Position numbers and translations under genes: made by a program. A stretch of DNA of 64,000 nt from Narcine bancroftii. Lineage: Eukaryota. Shown piece after piece: positions 48,319 to 58,884 of this stretch (its first letter is position 1; each line of letters opens with the position of its first letter). The notes under the pieces are model-generated. The model was not told where the DNA came from. It saw nothing but the letters and a program-made list of their open reading frames with translations, and searched no databases. The DNA lies in assembly GCF_036971445.1 (NCBI RefSeq), contig NC_091477.1, positions 123,008,001 through 123,072,000 on the forward strand, written 5' to 3'.

Positions 48319-51300
48319 CCTGACCATGACCACACTGTGACTGTCACCGACGAAGGTGTGTGTGAAGATCTCTGATATTTTCTGGCTTTGGAGAGCGGAC
48401 AGGCAGCTCCCTGCCAAATGCACTGCTGTGTGAGCTACTGCCTTTCCCAGAAAATCAAAGGCCAGCTGTTCCCCATTCCAACTTCCCTTCCGAGTTTGGC
48501 AGCTCTCCACAGCGTGCGGAATGTGATCCTAGAATGTGCATGGGGACGAGGGGGAGGGAGAGGGGGCTCACTGAGGCAAGGAGGAGGAGCAACAGTGGAC
48601 AGGACTCACCATGACAGGAGTGGGTCAACCAATGGACACCATCCTCTCACCAAGGGGCTGTGGCCCTTGTTCCCATGTCCCCCAGCACTGAGCTCACTGT
48701 TGGAAGAGTGCCGCAGGACCCACTCCTTCAGCTGAGACTGATGTGGTGGTGGAGGCTGAGGGAGGCTCTGCTCATTGGCCATGGGCAACCATTGGCATGT
48801 AGTGGCTCAGTTGAGGTCACCACATCGCCAGGAGGTTGAGGGGTGGACCAGGACTGGACACAGCATACTGGGGAGGATTCAAGCAGTAGAACGGAAGTGG
48901 CTGTGGGCCAATTTGAACCCTGCGGGTCAAACACCTGGGACAGGAATTGGCTCGAGGGGAGAGGAGCAAAGAGCAGGCAGGAGGAAAATGATCCCCCAGA
49001 GGGAGTAGTGGGACAAAGGAGAGACATATCCTGTGGGCATGTCGAAGAGCAGTGCTGACGTGATTCAGCTGATCCCCACTGCCTTCCCCCTCCCAACTCT
49101 CTCCCCCCACTGCCCTCCTCCCTCCCACTCCCCCCACTGCCTTCCCCCATCCCCACTCCCCCACTGCCTTCCCCTTCCCTCTCCCTCCACCCACTGTCTT
49201 CCCCTACTCCTCTCCTATTGCCCCTCCACTACCTCCCCACTCCCCCCAATCCCATCCCAGTGCCCCCATCCTTCCCCACTTTCCCTTCACTGCCCTTCAC
49301 CCCACTCCCCTGCACCCGCTGCCCCACTCCCCCTCTTCCCCCCCCATGTCGTGCCTCAGATGGTACCAGTGGGATCTCCAAGCGCTGCCTGTGGAGTGTG
49401 GGATGGGGGCTCTGCTGTCCCTGGGATCCACAGTGTGGAGAATGGTTTGACAAGCAGCTTTTGTAAAATCACTGGTCTCGAGAACATTGCCTCGTTTTAA
49501 TTCTGTGGCACTGCTTTGCTGTGTGATGTTAAAGCAACAATCTGATACCTGTACATTGTACAAGACGTATGACAATATGTGGCAGTTCTGCCTGGGACTG
49601 CTCCTGTTCATTGACTGTGATGTAAGGCCACACCCTGCAGCTCATGGCATTTTCAGCCAAGGGTTGACCAACACAGCTTTGGGCTGGGGTGGGGGGGGGG
49701 GGGGTGGTAAGGGTTAGATTGTTGTGGATAGGTTTATGACAGTTGGCACAATGCTGTGCGCTGAAGGTACTAGTCCGTACAAATTGGAAGTACCCCCTTG
49801 CCCAGGTGAATGTGCCCTATACCCAGGCAGAGGTTCACTGTGAGGTTGACAGTTGTCTCTCATCACAGGGCTCAGACTGTGAGTTGGTCCTCATTGGCTG
49901 TGATTTACCAGCCTGTAGGGTCGCAGAACCATGGCAATTCTGCGTGCCTCACCAAACCACAGTTTTACCTCGTGGCATCATTTGAAGGCCAGAGCCTTGG
50001 CCTCACAACTGTAGGAGCTGGTTGGGAGAGGTGGTGAGTCAGGGATTGGCTGTGGACAGGGTCCAGGCACCACGCATCAAGGAAATGTTCACAGTGTCCC
50101 TTCCAGCAGGCACCAGATGCCTCTCCATCTCCGGTGACCCCACGCCAATTCCCGGTGGTGAGTGAAGCTGGGGGTGGGTGAGGAGGGTCAGATCCACCTG
50201 GATTCCAGGTGGTAATGAGGAAGCATCCTCAGACTCAGCGCTTGCAAAACAACGTTGGAAGAAGGTCTCTCCTACCTCGGCCAGAGTGGAATCTGGTGTT
50301 CTAGCCCAGCGCCTGCTGTGACTGTGAAGATTCCCATCAGAGTTTCTCAGTGACATTCCTGTCAAGGGGGAAAAATTTCATCAAAATCTGGCTAGGAATC
50401 ATTCCTTTGAAAGCTCCCGATCGAGTTGGAACGCGCCGGCTGAGTTGGAATCGGAATGAAAGGTCTGACTCTCCCCTTCCCCTCAGATGTGTGAGAGTCC
50501 TGGCACGATCTCGCCCTCACCTCGGTCAATCTGGGGTCAGTAGTTCCCACAGGTGCAAGGACTTGCCACTGGCCCTGTGTTCACACCTCACTGAGGAGTC
50601 ATTCATCTGGAAAGGAAGTGGACACAGGGGGAGAGAACACTCAGCAGCAGTTTGTGGCTCCACTCTCGGCATCTTTGAGGATGGTGCCAGCAGTGGAAGG
50701 CATCTGAGATGCATTTGTCAGCCCTGATCAGGAATCTGCTCTTGGGACATTCTGCCAAGCACACGGCCCAGTTCTGCCGATAACGTTGGACCTGTGCCCC
50801 ACCTGGTGAAAGGTCCCATTCAGATGTTTGCAGGACGCGGGACTTGCTGAGCTGCTGTGAGAGCACTCCCTTTTGAAGGGGAGTTGGCAGGAGGAGGATG
50901 AGAAGAGGCTGCCTCCTGAGAGGTGGGACGTTGGGATCGAGTGTGGTGTGGAGCTCCCTGCCTTGTCAGGGACCAGCTCATGGGGCAGCCTGTCCTCGTC
51001 TCCCTCCTTCCCTTGTGCCTTTGTTTCCCTCCCCTCCCTCTCCCTCATCTCCTACCCTCATCTCCCCTCCTCCCTCCCTGTCCCCCTCTCCCTCCTAGTC
51101 CCCCTCTCGTACCTCTTTCCCTCCCCCTGAGGGATTGAATGTGTCCCCTCGGTGTAGATAGCTGGATAGCTCCAGGTTGTGAGACCACGTCACAGAGAGG
51201 GACCCTGGGGACAAAGTGTGAGTGGCCGATTAACTCTCCCACTGACTTTCAACCCACACTCTAGACCCCTCCCTGCACTCATCACCCTGTTGTTGCTGAT

Positions 51301-51605
51301 CTGTGGGTCCAGATCTGCCATCCACCTCCCTGCCTCTCCTGGTGGTCTTCCAAGTGGGTGACATGGTGTCGGAACAGTGTCGGGCATCAGGATGGGGAGG
51401 GGGATGGGTTTGGATGGCATGGAGTTGGGGTGGGGTCAGGACAGAGGAGGGACATTAGTGATATGGGGTTGGGGGTCAGGAGTGAATGGGTGAATGAAGT
51501 GGTTTCAGGACAGGGTTACAGCCAGGGTTTAAATGGTGGTGGATGGTTGGGAGGGTTTCTGGCCTCTGTTAGGGCCGATGGTTGGACTTCAGGGATACGA
51601 GTGAG

Positions 51606-51843
51606 GTGCACTTTATATAGCAGAGATAAAGGTATGTAACCAATGTTTTGGATTTGAGCTCTTCATCAAGGTGTGGAAAAATGTCAGCCGATGCTTGAAA
51701 TCAGGTGTGCGCTGACATTTTGCCAATCCCTTGATGAAGGGCTCAAGTCAGAAACATTGGTTCTGTATCTTTACTACATAAAAGCCACTGACCAGCTTTG
51801 TGCTTTTACTTCAAACACGGTGTCTGCAGACTTGTGTTTTACA
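51606..51843. mobile_element. Palindromic Penelope-like-derived element with hammerhead-like cores
   Basis: Arms about 51606-51688 and 51711-51790; right arm CCTTGATGAAGGGCTCAAGTCAGAAACATTGG; tail CACGGTGTCTGCAGA shared with the 14302 copy. Confidence 0.65.
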
Positions 51844-52184
51844 TCTGAGTTAAGGTCTGGCTGGGAAAGGGTTAATTCACCCCTGCAAAACTGGAATGTT
51901 GATTGTAAAAACATTTCCATTGGGCTGTGGGCCTATGCGAATTCTTTCACAATGATCCAACCATCTTCCTGTTGCCACAGAAACAGAAGGTTGAGGCAAC
52001 CCTTAATTGCGTAGGCCCGGTGTGGTGGGAAGGGGGCTCAGCCTGCAACCTGGTACCCGGTGGCCATTCATTGGTCCAGGCTGGGGAATTCTAGGCCTGG
52101 GAGCAGGGCGTTCCAAGCCGGGAGAGTCCACTAGACAGAGATTGACTCCGGCCTGAGGAACACTGTCATGTGGTCACAACAGAC

Positions 52185-52425
52185 TGAGCAGTGGCACAGT
52201 TGGCGCAACGCCGTTACAGCGCCAGCGACCCGTGTTTGAATTCGGCGCTATCTGTCGGGAATTTTCTCGTTCTCCCAGTGTCTGCATGGGTTTCCCCGGG
52301 GGGTCTGGTTGCTTTCCTCCCTTTAAAAATGTAACAGGGTTGTATGTCAATTGGGGTATTTGGGCAGCATGGGTTTCAGTAGCTGAAATTGGTTTCAACC
52401 ATGTTGTAAATTAAAAAAAAAATTT
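52185..52425 (+). mobile_element. tRNA-derived SINE
   Basis: A-box-like TGGCGCAACG, B-box-like GTTTGAATTC, conserved core, A-rich tail. Confidence 0.75.
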
Positions 52426-52604
52426 AAATGAAAATCACCCCGGAGGGAGATCAGGCTGAGACATCCCAGCAGTGGTGACTGTCCTGTGGGAGTCAGTGTC
52501 ACTGAAAGTCCTGGTGGGTAATCGATGGCTCGTGCCTGAATCATGTCTAGCCTTGCCGCACACCACCTCAGTTGATTCACATGCTGAGTTGTTTAGGCTC
52601 TGGT

Positions 52605-53110
52605 CACACAGCGCAGAAACACGCCCTTCGGCCCAACCTATCTGTGCTGACCAAGTTGTCTTCCTGCGCATCCAATTTGCCTGTGTTCCGCCCATCTCCC
52701 TCTAAACTGTTCCGGTCCAGGGAAAATTCCAACTGTCTTTTAATGTAATTTCCCCCTCTGTTCCCACTTCCTCTGGCACCTCATTCCACAGACCCACCAC
52801 CCTCTGTGTGAAATGCCTCTTACCTTTAACGTCTCCCCTAAACTTTCCTCCACTCACCTTGTACAGATGTCCTCTGGTGTTTGCTGTTCCCACCCTGGGA
52901 GAAAAGTGCTGGCTGTCCACCCTCTTGAAGCCTCATCCTTTATCGCTCCAAAGAGAAAACTCCCAGCTCAGTCAACGTTGTCTCATAGGACATGTTCTCC
53001 TATCCTGGCAACATCCTGCACCCTCTACTTAGCTTCCACGTCCTTCCTGTAATGAGACAATCAGAACTGAACACAATACTCCAAGTGTGGTCTAACATGA
53101 GCTGCAACAC
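52605..53110 (-). mobile_element. CR1 3' fragment
   Basis: ANTRGHLYKVSGGKFRGDVKG...FTQRVVGLWNE. Confidence 0.85.
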
Positions 53111-54049
53111 TGAGGGAAGATCTCAGATGGCTGTGCTCAGAGACTTCCCTGGGGAGGCCTGCCACGTTTCAATAGAAGGTGGACACGACTGGTGATCACA
53201 TGACCCATCAAAAGAGTGACGGGGAGATTTGTGGGTTGAGTGAGCTCCCATGTACAGTTTATGGGTGATGTGCCAGCGGGTGATCACGTGTCCTCAGGGC
53301 TCGGTGACTTGGCCTCTCCCCCATTTCCCTTAGTAATGAGTCTGTGCCCAGGTCTGACACCTGGGCCTCATCGTACTGGGTTCTTTGGCAATACAAAGCA
53401 TCAGATTGAACCCACGATGAGCTTTGGCCGGTTTGCTGACACTATTGGGCTACTGAGGGGAGGTGCCCGTTTGATGCTGGCTCAGAGGGAATGGCCACCT
53501 CTGCCAGGGTCCTGAAGCGGCCCTGACTGTGTGGGCAGGGTCTGGAGGTGTGGGACAGTCTCCGTATCACCCTTGTCATGGGCTCATTTCAGTTACAGGG
53601 CAGTGGGTCACAGTGTCTAGAGACCCAGGTTCAATACTCTGTCTGGGTGGAGTTTGCACACTCTCCCTGTGCCCAAGTGGGTTTGTTCCAGTTCTCTAAT
53701 TTGACCTACTTGCCCAGGAGGTGTGGTTGCGTGGTGTGCTTGGTGGCAGGGAGAATCAGGAAGAGGTGTGGAAGAGATGCAAGGTATGGCAAAGGGAGCT
53801 GCTCTGAGAACTGGCAAGGGAGCTGAGTGGGAGAGGGAATGGGCAGGAGTGGGGATGGATGGGAGGGGAGATGGGAGTGGGAATGTGGGGGATGGGTGAG
53901 GATGAGGGGATGGCTGGGTGGGAGAGGGGATGGACAGGAGGAGGATATAGGGGGGATGGGCAGGAATGGGGATTGGGGGATGCGCAGTTCGGAGGTGGGT
54001 TTTGAGAGAATGATGAGGGTTACAGGGCTATGTGGTTTCTGACCCACAG

Positions 54050-54202
54050 CTGAACGAGCTGCAGAAGGCCGCCGCTGCTGCCCACACCTTCTTCATGGCC
54101 AACCCCGAGCACACAGAGATGAGGCAGAGCCTGGAGCGCTACAAGCACATGGATGGAGTGGAGCAGGAACACTTTATTGACCTGGAGCAGAGGCCCTACA
54201 TG
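54050..54202 (+). CDS. P3H2: Prolyl 3-hydroxylase 2 coding exon 2 (153 nt)
   Basis: LNELQKAAAAAHTFFMANPEHTEMRQSLERYKHMDGVEQEHFIDLEQRPYM; acceptor cccacAG; donor is GCAAGT (non-canonical). Confidence 0.92.
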
Positions 54203-54314
54203 GCAAGTGGGGCCAGGGAAGGGGGAGGCAAGGGAGGTGATTGGAGGGGAGGGTCTGGGGTGGAGACTCCGCATGATGAGGGTGAGACCCCGTGACCGGG
54301 ATGATGCTCCTTCC

Positions 54315-54676
54315 CCGTGCCCGGGTGGGACCTCCGTGCCCGGGTGGGACCTCCGTGCCCGGGTGGGACCTCCGTGCCCGGGTGGGACCTCCGTGCCCGG
54401 GTGGGACCTCCGTGCCCGGGTGGGACCTCCGTGCCCGGGTGGGACCTCCGTGCCCGGGTGGGACCTCCGTGCCCGGGTGGGACCTCCGTGCCCGGGTGGG
54501 ACCTCCGTGCCCGGGTGGGACCTCCGTGCCCGGGTGGGACCTCCGTGCCCGGGTGGGACCTCCGTGCCCGGGTGGGACCTCCGTGCCCGGGTGGGACCTC
54601 CGTGCCCGGGTGGGACCTCCGTGCCCGGGTGGGACCTCCGTGCCCGGGTGGGACCTCCGTGCCCGGGTGGGACCTC
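54315..54676. repeat. 19-bp minisatellite CCGTGCCCGGGTGGGACCT, about 19 perfect copies, P3H2 intron 2
   Basis: Directly visible; fills about two thirds of the 541-bp intron. Confidence 0.98.
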
Positions 54677-54743
54677 TGCAGGCTACTCCCTCAGATGTGA
54701 GCTGGTGTCGATACGATTGCTGACCCTTGCCTGTGTGTTATAG

Positions 54744-54933
54744 GAAGCGTTCAACACCGGACTGGGGCACTATGAGAAGGACCAGTACGCTATGGCCATA
54801 CGCTCATTCGAGGAGGCCCTGAGGCAGTTCTGGCAGGCAGAGATGGAGTGCCGTGCCTTCTGCCAGGGACCGCAGCATTTCGATGGTAGCCGTCAGCCAT
54901 CAAGGGGTCTGCACCTCTATGAAATCATCGCAG
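54744..54933 (+). CDS. P3H2: P3H2 coding exon 3 (190 nt)
   Basis: EAFNTGLGHYEKDQYAMAIRSFEEALRQFWQAEMECRAFCQGPQHFDGSRQPSRGLHLYEIIA; CxxxC motif; acceptor ttatAG, donor GTAGGA. Confidence 0.94.
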
Positions 54934-55865
54934 GTAGGACGTCCATTCCCAGCACTGCCTCCAGCAGTCATGTGGATGGTGGCTGAGCTCTGCCCTTTGT
55001 CACAGTTTCCTGCACCATCCTCATTGCCTTCGGCCCCTTAGTGTCCAGAATCTTCCAATCTCTGGGTTGAATGCCTTGTTCATTATCACATGAACCGAGA
55101 TACAGTGACTATTTCTGTTTTGTTTACTATCCAGTGAAGTCACCCTGTTCTTAAGGGCATCAGGTCATGCAAAATAAACCCAGGTATCATGTTCCAGAGA
55201 ATAGCTCCGATTAGGCCGTGAAAGGGTTGGTTTAGTGGTGATGGGTTCATTCAAACTGTATCTCTGCACAGTAGAAGGGAGGAGAGAGAGTAACTGGGGA
55301 GGGATGGGTCCTTTGGTAGCTTTCCGGGACAGTGGGAGATGTGGGTGGAGATGGTGGACAGTACGAGAGTTTGTGTGATGTTCTCCGCTGTGCACACCAC
55401 TCATGGAGATGAAACCTGCTCAGACTCACCCCTGCAAGTGTTGCTGCACACCCGTTAAATCCTCCCTCAGTCTCCACGGTTTCTGACAAACCCAGCTCCT
55501 CCTCATGACCGGACTTAAGGTTACAACTGCAGGGTGTGAGCTGCTCTCTCACTGTTGCAGGTGGGGTAGGTCACCAAAGAGAGTGTGCAGAAGAGATGCA
55601 CTTGGAATGGAAGGCTGTGGTTATAAGGATGGGTAGGGTATGGGGTCTCAAAGTTCCGGGCTATTGGAGTGTGGGTCCTCGGTGTTGGGGTGTGGGGTCT
55701 TGCAGTGTGGGTTTGTTTCAGGGTGCAGGGTGTCATTTTGTGGGGACTTGGGGTAAGGGGGTCTAGCAGCGTGGAGTGCTTCAGGATCTCGGGGTGTAGG
55801 GTGTCAGAGTGTGGGGTTGCGGGGTGTAGGTCTGTTACCCTGGACTGACTCTTCATCTCCTACAG

Positions 55866-55997
55866 ATCACTACCTGCAGGTGGTCCAGTGTGAACACGGC
55901 TGTGTACGGGAACTGGCCACACGGGCTGGCCGCCTCTCCCCCATCCACAACTACCTGCCCATGCATTACGACCTCCTGCAGTACTCCTACTACAAGG
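55866..55997 (+). CDS. P3H2: P3H2 coding exon 4 (132 nt)
   Basis: (D)HYLQVVQCEHGCVRELATRAGRLSPIHNYLPMHYDLLQYSYYK; RELATR-GRLSP favours P3H2 over P3H1; acceptor ctacAG, donor GTGAGA. Confidence 0.95.
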
Positions 55998-56244
55998 GTG
56001 AGAATGACACAAAGGTTTACCCGCAGGTTTTGTCCATAATTGCTCCATGTCTATCCTGTGTCCATGTCTATCCCGTGTCCATTCCATCTGCATCCCGTGC
56101 CCATGTTCATTATGTCTCCATCCTGTGTCCTTGTCCATCCCGTGACTACTATCTCTATGGCCCCTGTAGCTGACCCTGGGGCCTGGTCCTACACCCTATC
56201 CCCCTCTGGCCAGGAGGGGTTGACAGTGAGTCCATAATACATAC

Positions 56245-57922
56245 AGTATGTGGAAATAGGCTATTGATCCCATCGAGTCTGCCCCACTATTTAATCATGA
56301 GCCAGTTCATTTCCCCACTCAGCCCCACTGCCTGGCCTACTCCCTATAACCATTGATGACCTGACTAATCAAGAACCTATCAATCTCTGCCTTAAATACA
56401 CCCAATGACCTGGCCTCTACCTTCGGCTGAAGAAATTCCTCCACATCTCTGTTCTATGTTGTCATCCTTCGATCCTGAAGTTGTGGACTCTTGTTTCTCC
56501 CACCATGAGAAACAACCTTTCTACATCCACTCAGTCCATACCTTTCAATGTTTGAAGTGTTTTAATGATATTCCCCCAAATTCTAACGAGTACAGGCCGA
56601 GAGCTGTCAAATGCTCTTCATATAATAACCCTGGAGTCATCCTAGTGAACCTCCAATGAACCCTCTCCAATGTTGACACATCCTTTCTAAGATGTAGAAT
56701 CATCAGGTCACAAATAGTTCCTGATAAAACCTCAACATCCTCTTATATTATATTTCTCCTGAAATGAACCAGCATCACATTTGGCTTCTTCACCACTTCA
56801 CCCAACCTGCAAATTTACCTTCAGACGATCCTGCACGAGGGTTCCTAGGTCCCTTTTCGTCTGGGAATTTTCAATTTTCTCCCCATTTAGAAAATAAAGA
56901 TTGTGGATTCATTGATAATGATCTTTTAGGAATCAATAGATTCTGGTGTGATCCCAGAGGACTAGGTCTGCCTGTTTATTTTTTCTGCCAAAGTGCATGA
57001 CGTTCACTTTCCGACAATGGGCTTCTGCAGTGGCAAATGAAATACATTCTCTTAATCTGTTTAAGTCCTTCTGCAGCCTCCGTGTTCCCGCAACACTCCT
57101 TGCTCCTCCACCTACCTTTGTATCATCTGCAAACTTGGCCACAAAGCCATTCATTCCAGAATCTAAATCATTGATATACAACATTAAAAGAAGCGGTCCC
57201 GGCCCCTGTGCACGCCACTAGCAACTGGCAGCCAATCAGAATATGATCCCTGTATTCCAACTCTCTGCTTCCTGCCAATCAGCCAATGCTCTTCCCACAC
57301 TAGTATATTTCCTGTTATACCGTGGACTCTTGTTAGATAGCCTCATGTGCAGCACCTTGTCAAAGGTCTTCTGAAAATCCAAATACCCAACACCCACTGC
57401 ATTTCCCTTATGCAGCCGGCTTGTCACATCCTCAAAGAATTCCAATAGGTTTGTAAGGCAAGATTTTCCCTTCAGGAAACCTTGTTGGCTTTAGCTGATC
57501 CTCTCATGTATCTCCAAGTTCTCCATAACCTCAATCTTTACAATCAGCTCCAACATCATCCCAACCACTGACTCCAGGCTAACTGGTCTATAATTTCCTT
57601 TCTGTTGCTTCCCTTCCTTCATGAATATGGATGTGAATTTTGTGATTTTCTAGTCCTCCGGGACCACACCAGAATCTACTGATTCCTGGAAGATCATTAC
57701 CAATGAATCCACAATCTCTACTGCAACCTCTGTAAGAACCTGAGGGTGCAATCCATCTGGTCCAGGAGACTTACCCACCCTTAGACCATTCAGCCTTCTG
57801 AGCACCTTCTCCCTTGAAATAGTAACTACACTCGCTTCCCTTCCCTCATGCCCTTCAACATCTGGAACGCTACTGCATCTTCCACAGTGATGACTGATGC
57901 AAAATACCTATTTAGTTCCTCT
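56245..57922 (-). mobile_element. CR1 RT and 3' region, same subfamily as about 7690-9915
   Basis: LYINDLDSGMNGFVAKFADDTKVGG; EFFEDVT...YLDFQKTFDKV. Confidence 0.9.
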
Positions 57923-57924
57923 GA

Positions 57925-58880
57925 CCATAGAACACTATAGCACAGAAAACAGGCCATTTAGCCCTTCTGGTATGTGCCAAAATCATTATTCTGCTAGTCC
58001 CACTGACCTGCACCAATTCTATAACCCTCTCCCATCCATGTACCTATCCAATTTATTCTTAAAACTTGAGTGAGCCTGCACTTACCATGTCAGATGGCAG
58101 CTTATTCCACATTCCCACCACTCTCTGAGTGTAGAAGTTCCCCTAATGTTCCCTCTAAAACTTCCCCTTTCACCCTAAAGCCACATATTTATCTCTCCTA
58201 ATCTAAATGGAAAGAACCTACTCGCATTTACTGTCTATACCTCTCATAATTTTGTAAACCTCTATCAAATCTCTCCTCATTCTTCTACTCTCCAAAGAAT
58301 AGAGTCCTAACCTGTTTAATCTTTCCCTGCAACTCAGTTCCTGAAGACCCAACAACATCCTAGTAAATTTTCTCTGGACTCTTTTCTATCTTACTGATAT
58401 CCTTCCTGTAGTTTGGCAACCAGAACTGCACACAATAATCCAAATTTGACCTCACCAATGTTTTATACAACCTCACCATAACATCCCAACTCCTGTACTC
58501 AATACATTGATTTATGAAGGCCAAGATGCCAAAAGCTTTTTTTACAATCCTATCTACCTATAACATCACTTTCAGGGAATTATGTATCTGAGTTTCCAGA
58601 TCCCTTTGCTCCTCCGCACTCCTCAGTGCCTGACCATTTACTATTGTGTCTTAACTTGCTTTGTCCTTCCAAAATGTAACACCTCACACTTGTTTGCATT
58701 AAACTCCATCAGCCCATTTTTCTAGCTGGTCCAGATCCCTCTGCAATCTTTGAAAACCTTCGCTGTCCACAACGCCTCCAATCTTAGTCTCATCAGCAAA
58801 CATGTTGATCCAATTTTTACATTATCATCCAGATCATTAATATTGATGACAAACAACAATGGGCCCAGCACCAATCCCTT
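57925..58880 (-). mobile_element. CR1 3' fragment (5797-6606 type)
   Basis: [17 protein letters not shown] and 3' UTR similarity. Confidence 0.88.
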
Positions 58881-58884
58881 ACTT

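Noticed and set aside
52185-52260. tRNA gene
   Set aside because: A/B-box-like motifs continue into a SINE body seen at several loci; no convincing cloverleaf.
54315-54676. CRISPR-like interpretation of this and the other regular arrays
   Set aside because: Units are contiguous with no unique spacers, there are no cas genes, and the context is eukaryotic.
54050-55997. Assignment to P3H1 or CRTAP
   Set aside because: The RELATR-GRLSP segment and adjacency to CLDN1 favour P3H2.
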